The notes under the pieces: model-generated | The model's database searches: none | The model's input: the letters and a program-made list of their open reading frames with translations, nothing else | What the model was told of the DNA's origin: nothing | Position numbers and translations under genes: made by a program | Source of the DNA: Candidatus Latescibacterota bacterium | GTDB taxonomy: Bacteria > Latescibacterota > UBA2968 > UBA8231 | Direction: 5' to 3' | Length of the DNA: 64,000 nucleotides | Assembly (NCBI GenBank): GCA_965248265.1 | Contig: CBDFJF010000002.1 | Coordinates: 384,001 to 448,000, forward strand | Shown here: positions 48,101 to 57,308 of the stretch, one piece after another | How the letters are laid out: each line of letters begins with the position of its first letter | Numbering within the stretch: the first letter of the stretch is position 1

Positions 48101-48109
48101 AACCGTCTG

Positions 48110-49141
48110 ATGATTTCGCCGAGCAACAAGGCGTGGCTCGAGCGCACGGTTGAGGAGACGATCGAGCCGGCGCTGCCGATCTGCGATCCGCACCACCATC
48201 TCTGGGAGTTCCGCCACGAGCGGGTCGCCCATCGCTACCTGCTCGACGACCTCCTGGACGACGTCAACGCCGGCCACAACATCGTGTCAACCGTATTCAT
48301 CGAATGCGGCGCCATGTACCGCTCCACCGGCCCGGAGAGCCATCGCGTGATCGGCGAAACGGAGTTTGTCAACGGCATCGCGGCGATGAGCGCCTCCGGT
48401 CTCTACGGCCCGTGTCGCATCGCGGCCGGCATCGTTGGCACCGCGAACCTGAACCTCGGTGGAGCCGTGGGTGAGGTGCTCGACGCACACGTGCGGACCG
48501 GTGGCGGCCGGTTTCGCGGCATCCGTCACCAGGGCACCTGGGACTCCAGCGAAGCGGTGCCGAACGGCCGCAACGATCCGGGCCAGCACGCATTTCTGGA
48601 TCCGATTTTTCGCCAGGGGTTCGCCCAGTTGGCACCCCGCCGACTAAGCTTCGAGGGCTGGTGTTACCACCCCCAGATTCCCGACCTCACCGATCTGGCA
48701 CGCGCCTTCCCGGACACCACCATCGTGCTCAACCACTTCGGCGGTCCGCTCGGCATCGGACCCTACGCGGGCAAACGTGAGGACGCTTTCCCGGGCTGGA
48801 AGTGGCATGTGGCGGAGCTTGCGGCCTGCGACAACGTCGTGGCGAAGCTCGGTGGCATCAACATGGAGCTGAACGGCTTCAGCTGGAACGAGCAGGTGGC
48901 ACCGCCAACCAGCCAGGCGCTGATGGAGGCGACCCGGCCCTACTACGAGCACACCATCGACGTGTTCGGGCCGGACCGCTGCATGTTCGAGTCCAACTTC
49001 CCGGTGGACATGGTGACCTGCAGTTACAATCTATTGTGGAATTCGTTCAAGCGTCTCACGGCAGCGTACAGTGCGCAGGACAAGGCGAAGCTCTTCCACG
49101 ACACGGCCACCCGGGTCTATCGACTGGACTCGGCGGAATGA
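48110..49141 (+). CDS. Amidohydrolase_2-family protein
   Basis: DPHHHLW, RFRGIRH, LNHFGG, FESNFPVD. Confidence 0.9.
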   Translation: MISPSNKAWLERTVEETIEPALPICDPHHHLWEFRHERVAHRYLLDDLLDDVNAGHNIVSTVFIECGAMYRSTGPESHRVIGETEFVNGIAAMSASGLYGPCRIAAGIVGTANLNLGGAVGEVLDAHVRTGGGRFRGIRHQGTWDSSEAVPNGRNDPGQHAFLDPIFRQGFAQLAPRRLSFEGWCYHPQIPDLTDLARAFPDTTIVLNHFGGPLGIGPYAGKREDAFPGWKWHVAELAACDNVVAKLGGINMELNGFSWNEQVAPPTSQALMEATRPYYEHTIDVFGPDRCMFESNFPVDMVTCSYNLLWNSFKRLTAAYSAQDKAKLFHDTATRVYRLDSAE

Positions 49142-49184
49142 GCCCGCAATAAAGCTGCTCCCACCTCCAACAGGAGACTGTGCC

Positions 49185-49565
49185 ATGACCGATGTCAGCA
49201 CCATCGAAATGATCAGCGCCAGCGCGCCACAGGGCCCCCTTCCCGACATGCCCATCGATGCACAATTAGTCACGGCCGGCAGCCCGGTCGCCCGTGGCGC
49301 CGTCCTCAACCAGTCGGCCGACAAAACCCTTTCGAGCGGGCTGTGGACGTGCGAGCCGGGCGAGTTCGACTGGACCTACACCTGGGACGAGTTCGTTTAT
49401 GTGCTGGAAGGGGATGTGACGATCACCGAAGGGGGCGGCAGGAGCTACGACGTCGGCCCCGGCGACATGGCGCACTTTCCGATCGGGCTGAAGGCGCACT
49501 GGAACGTCAAGAAAGCTATGAGGAAGTTCTTCGTGCTGAAGACTACAGAGCCGCTGGAGTTATAG
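49185..49565 (+). CDS. Cupin (DUF861/EutQ-like)
   Basis: AGGAG RBS; GLWTCEPG, DEFVYVLEG. Confidence 0.88.
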   Translation: MTDVSTIEMISASAPQGPLPDMPIDAQLVTAGSPVARGAVLNQSADKTLSSGLWTCEPGEFDWTYTWDEFVYVLEGDVTITEGGGRSYDVGPGDMAHFPIGLKAHWNVKKAMRKFFVLKTTEPLEL

Positions 49566-49615
49566 GTAGGCGCTGAGCCGACTGGCACCGGAAGGAGATC
49601 AACCGGTCGTACCGG

Positions 49616-50902
49616 TTAGTCCGTCGACTGAATCGGGGCGTAGGGATAGACGGCGACGGAGGCGGATGTGCTGCGGTCCCGCTCGAGCAGGGAGCGTGCT
49701 TCCGGCCATGTCTTGACGAAGGACACACCCTGGAAGTTGTCGCGGTCTGACTTTGTGGTGTAGGGGGAGCAGATGATGACCCGATCTGCGCCGCCAATTT
49801 TGAATTGCCGTCGTCCCGGCGACCATCCGCGGCCGCCGAAGGCAGTTCCGAAGCGGCCGAACAGATAGTGGGTATGGCTGAGGCCATTGTCGCTGTGTGA
49901 GAGGATGACGACATCTCCACCCGGTTTCACGGATTGACCAGCCAGCCAGAGCCCCTTGGTAGGTTGATCCTCCATCGGGTAGGCATTGACGACGACGATG
50001 TCCGATTCAGCCGCCACCGTCGTCGAGTAAATCCCCTTGCCGAAGGCCGAGGCGCGCCGATGGGTCTCGACGAAATCGCCGGCAAAAAGGCCAACAACCT
50101 CGCGACGATTATTCTGCACCAGGTCCACCTTCATGTCGAGTTCAGCGATTCGGGCGGCCTCTTCAATGTTGAGGCGTGGAAGCGGGATCTCGTCGGTGAC
50201 ATGCGGATCGGGCGGCCGGTCAGCGACCCGCTCCTGGAATTTCAGGTGATGGTCCGAGATCGTTTCAATGCCGGAAACGCCAGGCAACACAATCTTGCCG
50301 CCGCCGTTGTAGATGTGCTTCGAGTAGTAGGGAATGACGCCGCCGATGGCGACTCTCAGATCGCAGGAGGCGACCTCCCTGTTGATGTAAACGGGCGTGC
50401 CAAAACTGGTTTCGCCAACGAGGACTACGTTTTCATACACGTTGTGATTGTAGACGGCGTAGTTCTCGACGATCTCAGTCCCGAGTTTCTTGACGATCTC
50501 CGCCCGCATCATCGGCGCATGGGTACCGATGGCGGCGACAAAGCGGATTTGATCTTCCTCCATGCCGCCGCTGAGCAACTCTCCGAGCACAAAGGGAGCA
50601 ACGCGAGATACAGGTGTCGGTCGAATGAGGTCGTCGAACAGAATGGCGACCCGGCTGGCACTGGCGGCCATCTCACGCAGGCGCGCTGTTCCGTGTGGTG
50701 CCGCCAGGCTGGCGCGGATCTCAGCGTCGCTGAGGGCAAGTGCGTCGTGACCCAGCATGGTGCAGTTCGTCACGGTCCAGCTGTCGGGGAAGGTCAGATC
50801 GAGATCGGTTGTCTCGCCCCAGGCGGCAATCTGGACTGTAACCTTGTTTGAGATCACCGGGTCAGTCCGGGGGCTGGCCACTTCAGTCGAATGTTCTCCC
50901 AC
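49616..50902 (-). CDS. LarA (nickel-pincer racemase/epimerase) family protein
   Basis: DDLIRPTP, AIGTH, GTPVYINR, GGGKIVLPGVSG. Confidence 0.85.
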   Translation of the reverse strand: MGEHSTEVASPRTDPVISNKVTVQIAAWGETTDLDLTFPDSWTVTNCTMLGHDALALSDAEIRASLAAPHGTARLREMAASASRVAILFDDLIRPTPVSRVAPFVLGELLSGGMEEDQIRFVAAIGTHAPMMRAEIVKKLGTEIVENYAVYNHNVYENVVLVGETSFGTPVYINREVASCDLRVAIGGVIPYYSKHIYNGGGKIVLPGVSGIETISDHHLKFQERVADRPPDPHVTDEIPLPRLNIEEAARIAELDMKVDLVQNNRREVVGLFAGDFVETHRRASAFGKGIYSTTVAAESDIVVVNAYPMEDQPTKGLWLAGQSVKPGGDVVILSHSDNGLSHTHYLFGRFGTAFGGRGWSPGRRQFKIGGADRVIICSPYTTKSDRDNFQGVSFVKTWPEARSLLERDRSTSASVAVYPYAPIQSTD

Positions 50903-50905
50903 GCC

Positions 50906-51725
50906 TTAAAGCCCCCGCATCACCTTCTCAGCTGTGCTGTGGAAGAGCCACTCCTTGTCATCCTCGGTGAAAAAGGGGATGTGGGTCCGCACCAGATCGA
51001 CGGCATTGGCGTAGCCGCACTTGAGCTGGACACCAGGGAAGTCGGTCCCCCATAACAGACGCTGCGGGCCGTAGAGATCATATATGCGGTGGATGAGGTC
51101 GTAGGTCGGGGAATGGGTAATCCTCCTGGGACTTGCCCTGCACGTTCGACACCTTCACATGTACGTTCGGGTACTTAGCAAGACGAATCGTGGCTTCGAT
51201 TAGGGGCGCCTGCTTTTCAGGGTCTATTGGCAAACCGTTGAGATGGTCAAGGAGGATGTTGACGCCGGGAAAGCGCTGTGCCATCGGCTCGACGCAGGAG
51301 TGATCTCTGGACGAGCCGAGAATGCCGAAGGCGACCCCCAACTCCTGGGCCCGCTCCCACAGCGGCCACCGATCCTGGCCGTGAAAATCGTCGAGATTCT
51401 TCTCCCATCCCAGTTCGAGACGCAGACCGCTGAAGCTGTGCTCGCGGATCAGTTCCTCCAACTTGCTGGGTCCCTCCGGTGAAACCGGATCGACGAGGCC
51501 CAGGGCGGTGAAGCGATCGGGGAACCGCTTGATACAGTCGGCGATATAGCGGTTGTCCCACGAGTAGGTCCGCGGCTGGACAATGACGGCCTTGTCGACG
51601 CCGGCTTCGTCCATTATCGGGAGCAGGTATTCGACCGAAGCGGGCCGGTTGGGCTTGCCACCGACGACATAGGGAAACTGGCTCTCGTCATCGGCGTAGA
51701 CATGCAGGTGTGAATCGATGATCAT
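50906..51725 (-). pseudogene. Amidohydrolase_2-family gene with a frameshift near 51104
   Basis: IDSHLH...LDHL in the first frame; continuation YDLIHRIYDLYGPQRLLWGTDFP...EKVMRGL* in another frame. Confidence 0.8.
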
Positions 51726-51762
51726 GGGTTAGCTCCTTCTACCTTGACTTCTCGGGTCGAAA

Positions 51763-52152
51763 TCAGCTTGTCATAAGCTTGTGGCTGCCTTTGGTCCGTA
51801 TCAACTCAAAATGCGTGTCACGGCAGTAGACCGGCGTGTCATACACAAGCGCCGCACTGGCTACAAAGATGTCGTCGCGGGGAACCGTGATACCGCTTCC
51901 TCGAAGCGTACGTTCCAGTTCCGCGGCACGTCGCCAGCAGATTGACGAGAACTCGAGCATCGTGCAAAAAGTCATGGCCGTGCGGATGTCAGCGGTTTCG
52001 GCAGGACGGGCACCGGTGAGCAGTTCGAACTCGATGGGGCCGCATACTGCTGCCTGTCCCGCATCCAGATAGGAGGCTACGCGTCCTTTGACGTCGGGGT
52101 TGCCTGCACGCCGGAGGAACTCGACCCAGGCCGAGGTATCAATCAGCGTCAT
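51763..52152 (-). CDS. vapC: PIN-domain toxin VapC
   Basis: IDTSAWVEF, ELLTG, DIFVA, DTHF. Confidence 0.9.
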   Translation of the reverse strand: MTLIDTSAWVEFLRRAGNPDVKGRVASYLDAGQAAVCGPIEFELLTGARPAETADIRTAMTFCTMLEFSSICWRRAAELERTLRGSGITVPRDDIFVASAALVYDTPVYCRDTHFELIRTKGSHKLMTS

Positions 52153-52354
52153 AGGTCCCGCGGGCCTCTAACTCGTCATTCGTCAGTTTGTAGTCGACGC
52201 TCCCCTCCATCACCTTGAGCAGGAACTGTTTGCGCTTTCGCTCGGCCACGAATTCGTCCAAGGCTTGCCGGATTGCCGGCGACTTCTTCCGCTGTCCCGT
52301 GGCCTGCTGAATCGCGTGCAGTTGAGATTCATCAATATCGACAGTTATGCGCAT
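52139..52354 (-). CDS. vapB: VapB-family antitoxin
   Basis: MRITVDIDE...KKSPAIRQAL; overlaps vapC. Confidence 0.85.
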   Translation of the reverse strand: MRITVDIDESQLHAIQQATGQRKKSPAIRQALDEFVAERKRKQFLLKVMEGSVDYKLTNDELEARGTYDAD

Positions 52355-52371
52355 CTTTTCATACTCCTATT

Positions 52372-52400
52372 TGATGCGAATATACATAGATGGCGCATCA
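52372..52400. promoter_or_regulatory. Inverted repeat, candidate VapBC autoregulatory operator
   Basis: TGATGCG-N15-CGCATCA just upstream of vapB. Confidence 0.45.
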
Positions 52401-52557
52401 TCAGCAATATCCCAATATCTATTTGAGCCAGTACCTGCGGCGCCATGGACTGTTGCCGCGAGAGTAAACGATGACACACGGGGCAGCCATCAGCGCTGCG
52501 ATGCCACCGATTCCAAAGGCCGTGATCGCATCGTACTGCAGTGGATCACCATCACCC

Positions 52558-53238
52558 TCATGCGCCGGGTGCTATCTGAAATTGGTGTTCTGAGTCGGCG
52601 TGGAGGAGAATCGCTGCATTGACCCTTGAGGGGATGACATTGTCCCGGGTATCCGGGATGATTCCCTCCGCCCAATGCTTTTCCATGTGCGCGGCGCTCT
52701 TGCTGACGGGCTTAGCGGCTTCCTGTTCGAAGCGCCAGCGCCTGCGGTCTTCGTCCGCCGCCTCGATGAAGACCGGTAGGTCGACGACATCGAGCAAGCT
52801 GCCAAGTCCGGGATCGCTGCTGACGGCGTAGAGGCCTTCCAATACCACGACGCTGATGTCATCGAGGACGATCGTCCACGGGTAGAGAGCCTTTTCCGGT
52901 AACCGTCGGTACTGCATGGTCTCCAGCGGGCTGCGGTCACCGGCGACGATGTGATTGAGGACGCGGCGCAACTCACTGAAGCGCACGTGGTCTGGACCCC
53001 ATTCGCCGAGTCTATCGCGATCTCGAGGATCTTTGAAGAAGCCATCGACGCCGATGATGAGGACGCGATGGTCCGCATGCTCCAGCAACCCGCGGATTCC
53101 GTGAGCCAGCGTTGACTTACCGACGCCGGAAGGGCCGCCGATGCCGATGACGAAAGGACGGGAACCGGACCAACCTCGAACCGCGTCGAGTAGCTGATTC
53201 TCGAGTTCTGGGGGTATCTGCAGCTTGCTCTCGGTCAT
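52558..53238 (-). CDS. Uridine kinase/phosphoribulokinase-like P-loop kinase
   Basis: IGIGGPSGVGKST, DGFF, LEGLY. Confidence 0.8.
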   Translation of the reverse strand: MTESKLQIPPELENQLLDAVRGWSGSRPFVIGIGGPSGVGKSTLAHGIRGLLEHADHRVLIIGVDGFFKDPRDRDRLGEWGPDHVRFSELRRVLNHIVAGDRSPLETMQYRRLPEKALYPWTIVLDDISVVVLEGLYAVSSDPGLGSLLDVVDLPVFIEAADEDRRRWRFEQEAAKPVSKSAAHMEKHWAEGIIPDTRDNVIPSRVNAAILLHADSEHQFQIAPGA

Positions 53239-53248
53239 GCAGCAATTA

Positions 53249-53446
53249 GTGTCCCGTCTCAGAAATACGTCGACATTCTTCCGCCGATCCATCCCTGCTC
53301 GCGGCGTGGGACCGAACTCTTAGAGTTCGGCCTCGTCCCTGAGCGCCTTCGCTCGCCGTATCCCACTGATACGACTCGCTCAGGCGCCTTGCGAGCAGGG
53401 CGCCTCGGCGGCCGAATTTTGTCAACCTATTTCTGAGACGGGACAC
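53249..53446. mobile_element. MITE (198 bp, non-coding) with 19-bp perfect TIRs and TA duplication
   Basis: GTGTCCCGTCTCAGAAATA (53249-53267) / TATTTCTGAGACGGGACAC (53428-53446), flanked by TA at 53247-48 and 53447-48; internal hairpins. Confidence 0.85.
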
Positions 53447-54882
53447 TAGACATTCAGCACGATCAGCTTCGGCTGCGTCATCTCCTCGATCGAGTACTTC
53501 ACACCCCCCATGCCGAGGCCGGAATGATGCCGGCCTCCGAAGGGCATCCAATCGACGCGAAACGCGGTCGAGTCGTTGATCATCACCGCACTGAAATCGA
53601 GAGCCCTCGCGGCCTGGAAGGCGACGTTGACATCCCTGGTGAAAACGGCTGACTGGAAGCCGTTGGGACCGTCGTTGGCAGCCACGAGCGCCTCCTCGAG
53701 TTCGTCGTATACGAACAGACAGACCACGGGACCGAAGACCTCGCGGTCGACGACATCCATTCCCGGTTCGGCGTTCAGCAACAGGGTTGGTTCATAGCAA
53801 CTGTTGTCGAGTGTGTGTCCTCCCGTGAGAACTTGAGCGCCTCCGGCCACGGCAGCATCGACCCAACTGCTAACCCGTTCGACTTCGCGTGGCCGTATCA
53901 GAGGGCCGACATCCGTATCGGCAGAGGTGGGGTCACCGACCGTCAGTCCTTCCACGGCAGGCTTGTACATGCTGATGAATTCTTCCGCGATCGAACGGTG
54001 AAGGTAGATCCGTTGCACCGACACGCAGACCTGTCCCGCGTGGTAGTAGCCGCCACTGAGACAGACCCGCACCGCCTGCTCCAGGTCGGCAGCGGCGTCG
54101 ATGATGGCCGGGGCGTTGCCGCCGTGCTCCAGGCCAACTCTGGTGCCGTCGGCGGCAACCCGGCGCAGGTGCCAGCCGACTTTGGCACTGCCGATGAAGC
54201 TCAAATAATTGATACGCGCATCGGAGGCCAGCTGCTCGGCCACCGGTGGCTCGCAGGGCAGGATGGTCAGGAACCCGTCCGGGAGTCCGGCTTTGGCCAG
54301 CATTTCTCCCATCTTGAGAGCCGATATGGGGGTATCACCCGATGGTTTCAGCAGCACGGTGTTTCCGGCCGCCAACGGCGGCGCCACCTGATGGGCAATG
54401 AGGTTTACCGGATGGTTGAATGCGGAAATCGAGCTGACCACGCCTACGGGTTCGCGCAGGGTCATCGTCAGTTTGTTCTCGTTGCCTGCGGTGCCCCCCA
54501 TAGCTTGTTGTTCGCCGTCGAGCTCGGTTGCCGCTGCTGCCGACAGCGTGACGGTGTTGATGGCCCGGGTTACCTCGATGCGAGCATCCTTGAGCGGTTT
54601 TCCGCCTTCCTGCGCGATCGTCAGCGACAACTCATCATGACGAGTCTTCATCCGAGCAGCGAGATCCTCCAGGATGGCGGCGCGACGATGGGGCGGCATG
54701 CTTGCCCGCTCGCGCGCGAAGGTATCTGCCGACAGCTGCATGGCTGCCTCCACGGCGTTGGCATCAGCTTGCTCAACGCGGGCGATCACCGCGCCACTGA
54801 ACGGAGAAACGACATCCTGGAATTGACCGCCGCCCGTGACGCCGGGCACCTTCAAGGGATAGCTGTCGACTGAGTCAGACAT
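53446..54882 (-). CDS. Aldehyde dehydrogenase family protein
   Basis: FNHP, LKPS, FIGS, LEHGGNAP, AGQVCVS, EVFGP, PFGG. Confidence 0.93.
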   Translation of the reverse strand: MSDSVDSYPLKVPGVTGGGQFQDVVSPFSGAVIARVEQADANAVEAAMQLSADTFARERASMPPHRRAAILEDLAARMKTRHDELSLTIAQEGGKPLKDARIEVTRAINTVTLSAAAATELDGEQQAMGGTAGNENKLTMTLREPVGVVSSISAFNHPVNLIAHQVAPPLAAGNTVLLKPSGDTPISALKMGEMLAKAGLPDGFLTILPCEPPVAEQLASDARINYLSFIGSAKVGWHLRRVAADGTRVGLEHGGNAPAIIDAAADLEQAVRVCLSGGYYHAGQVCVSVQRIYLHRSIAEEFISMYKPAVEGLTVGDPTSADTDVGPLIRPREVERVSSWVDAAVAGGAQVLTGGHTLDNSCYEPTLLLNAEPGMDVVDREVFGPVVCLFVYDELEEALVAANDGPNGFQSAVFTRDVNVAFQAARALDFSAVMINDSTAFRVDWMPFGGRHHSGLGMGGVKYSIEEMTQPKLIVLNV

Positions 54883-54910
54883 CAATACGATCCTGTGTTC
54901 GGGAGGGGCA

Positions 54911-56215
54911 CTACGAGCTGTCGGCCAGCAGTTGCTTGACGTCGTTGACGAGGGCATCCTCGAGCTTGGCTCTGATGCCATCGATATCCTCCTGGGACAT
55001 CGACAGGGCCTCCAGGACAGCCGGGCTGTAGGTGACTTCCGGTTCCGGTGGGTACCCGAATCCCACTTCTTTACTGATGTTGTTCGCTATGTGCAGGAGA
55101 CATTGTAGATCCGAAGGCGATTCCGTGATGGAATCATGCGTCTTGACCCAGTCCGTTATCTGCTGGCTCATTCCGGCCTTCAGTAACAGCAGCTGTCCGA
55201 TGCGCTCGTGATCGGCGACATCGCCTCGCTTCTTCTCCGCCTCCCGGAAGGAAATTCCATCCATGACGGTGTCGCCCATGGCATCGGAGAAATGATTCCA
55301 GAAAAAGATTCCGAGCACGAGCTTGCCGATGTCGTGCATGAGAGCGCCGATCCAGTAGTCGAGAAACTCTACCGGCTCGGACAATTGCAGAAGCTTTTGC
55401 TTGTAGAGACGGTCCGCGGCCAGCGCGCTGCCGACAGAGTGTCCCCAGAATCTTCGGAAGTCGAAGAGGCTGTTGCCCTCGGTGACGAAGCCACTGACAA
55501 GCTTGACCTGCATCGCCAGCGCGCCGACCTCTCTCAAGCCCAGGCGTACGATGGCATCCTTGACCGACAGTTGTTGTTTGGCGCCCGAGCCGGCAAAGAC
55601 CGGTGAATTGACCGCCTGCTGTATCTTGTGGAGAATCGCAGGATCGGCCTGCACCGCCTCCTCCAACTCTTCCATCTTGGCTTCGGGATTAGCCACCAGC
55701 CGTAGAATACGCGCCACGGAGCCGGGCATGGTGGGGAGGGCGTCGAGATCGGCCATGCGCTCCTCGACCCGCTGTTGGAGTTCCTCGTGGGATAAGTCCT
55801 CGGAAAACGGATTGTGGATCCCGTTCTCAGTCAGAATCGACTCGATCAACTCTCGCAGGAAAGACCCGCCCTTGCGGAACGACTCTTCCCACGTACACAC
55901 ATGGGCATTTTCGATCCTGTTGCATTTGGCTTCGTAGTCTTTCGCTACCGTCGAAGGCACCACGCAGAACAGGGGGAACTGTCCGTTCATGTTGAAACCG
56001 GATATCCCTATGTCGGGAGGCACCAACCCGTTCTGGATCAAGATCGTACACTTTACGTCCTGGCCGTGCTCTGCAATCGCGGAGATGACCCCCTTGAAAT
56101 CGGTGGCGTCAACGGTCTGGATGCCGTAGTTGAAGTTGAACAGCAGGCCTACGTAGGAGTGCAGGAGGATCTGCGGCCGGGTATCGCCGTGGGAGATTAC
56201 CGCATATTCAGGCAT
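54911..56215 (-). CDS. HDOD-domain signalling protein
   Basis: LPTMP, VNSP, AIVRLG, FWGHS, LMHDIGK, HERIG. Confidence 0.88.
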   Translation of the reverse strand: MPEYAVISHGDTRPQILLHSYVGLLFNFNYGIQTVDATDFKGVISAIAEHGQDVKCTILIQNGLVPPDIGISGFNMNGQFPLFCVVPSTVAKDYEAKCNRIENAHVCTWEESFRKGGSFLRELIESILTENGIHNPFSEDLSHEELQQRVEERMADLDALPTMPGSVARILRLVANPEAKMEELEEAVQADPAILHKIQQAVNSPVFAGSGAKQQLSVKDAIVRLGLREVGALAMQVKLVSGFVTEGNSLFDFRRFWGHSVGSALAADRLYKQKLLQLSEPVEFLDYWIGALMHDIGKLVLGIFFWNHFSDAMGDTVMDGISFREAEKKRGDVADHERIGQLLLLKAGMSQQITDWVKTHDSITESPSDLQCLLHIANNISKEVGFGYPPEPEVTYSPAVLEALSMSQEDIDGIRAKLEDALVNDVKQLLADSS

Positions 56216-56351
56216 GGTGTCGACTCATCCTATTGTCAGCCATGGCTCCACCTCGAGTTCGCGGCCGCCGCGGATAGACAGGCCGGTTACCCAATATAGC
56301 CTTCCAGCGGCGAGAGGGAGAGCCCCCTGGTCGCGTTAGTAGTCTGACGGC

Positions 56352-57179
56352 TCAGCCGTAGGCTCCCTTCTCGTGGCGGCCGAGCATACGCTGCAACCTG
56401 GGCGCAGCGCCTTCCCACACATGTTCCGGCATGCGATAGTCGATGAAGGGGTAGAATTTCTGGGCTACGAAACGCTTGCTATAGGTCACGCCGGCCATCA
56501 GCCGGGTCCGGTCAGAGGCGTTGGGCGCCCCACGATGCCACATCTGGTTGTTGAACAGGTAGGCATGGGTTTGCCGCGTCAAAAACGAATGCGGTCCGTT
56601 GCCATCGAACGCGGGATGATCCTGCACTTCTGGGTGGCGGCCCGAGTAGTGACTGCGGGGTACAACCTGAGTGGGCCCGTACTTGAGTTCCTCGACATCG
56701 CTCAGCGGGATGAAAACCTGCACCACGAAGCAGGGCAGTGGGACGGCGGGTTCGTGACGAGGAATGTCGGACGGCAACGGAAAGTGGACGAGATCATCGA
56801 CGTGCCAACCACCGGGGCCGTCGGCCACCGTCTCCGAGTCCGACGGAGTCACCAGGGCGTTCTGTGACATGCAATGGCAATCTTCGCCGAGGATGGCCTC
56901 GGCTAGACTGGCGAACGGTTCGCGTACGATCAGATCCCGGAAAGCGGTCGAGTATTCGAACATGCGCATGAGGTTGGTATTGCGAATTTGATCGAGTTCG
57001 GGTTCTCGCATGCGAGGATCGTCCCACTTGCGTTGCAGATCCGCGCGCAGGGCCTCGACTTCGTCTGTGTCCATTACGGGGCCAAAATCGAAGTAGCCAG
57101 CTTGCCTAAACTGAGCCACAATCCGCGCTGTCTCGGTTTCCGTGAACGGCTCACCAGCACGAATGGCACTGCTTGCCAT
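56352..57179 (-). CDS. PhyH-family dioxygenase (paralog of 40207..40983)
   Basis: WHVDD, YGPTQVVPRSH, WHRGAPN, C-terminal GAYG. Confidence 0.9.
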   Translation of the reverse strand: MASSAIRAGEPFTETETARIVAQFRQAGYFDFGPVMDTDEVEALRADLQRKWDDPRMREPELDQIRNTNLMRMFEYSTAFRDLIVREPFASLAEAILGEDCHCMSQNALVTPSDSETVADGPGGWHVDDLVHFPLPSDIPRHEPAVPLPCFVVQVFIPLSDVEELKYGPTQVVPRSHYSGRHPEVQDHPAFDGNGPHSFLTRQTHAYLFNNQMWHRGAPNASDRTRLMAGVTYSKRFVAQKFYPFIDYRMPEHVWEGAAPRLQRMLGRHEKGAYG

Positions 57180-57308
57180 GGCGAATTCCTTCCCTTACGG
57201 CATACGAAAGCCACACTGACGTCGATAGTCCATGGCTACCAGTATACACGCTCCTAGGGTGCAAGGGCGAGGGTGCCGGACCGAGGGTGGTGAGGTCGGG
57301 TAAGGGAT

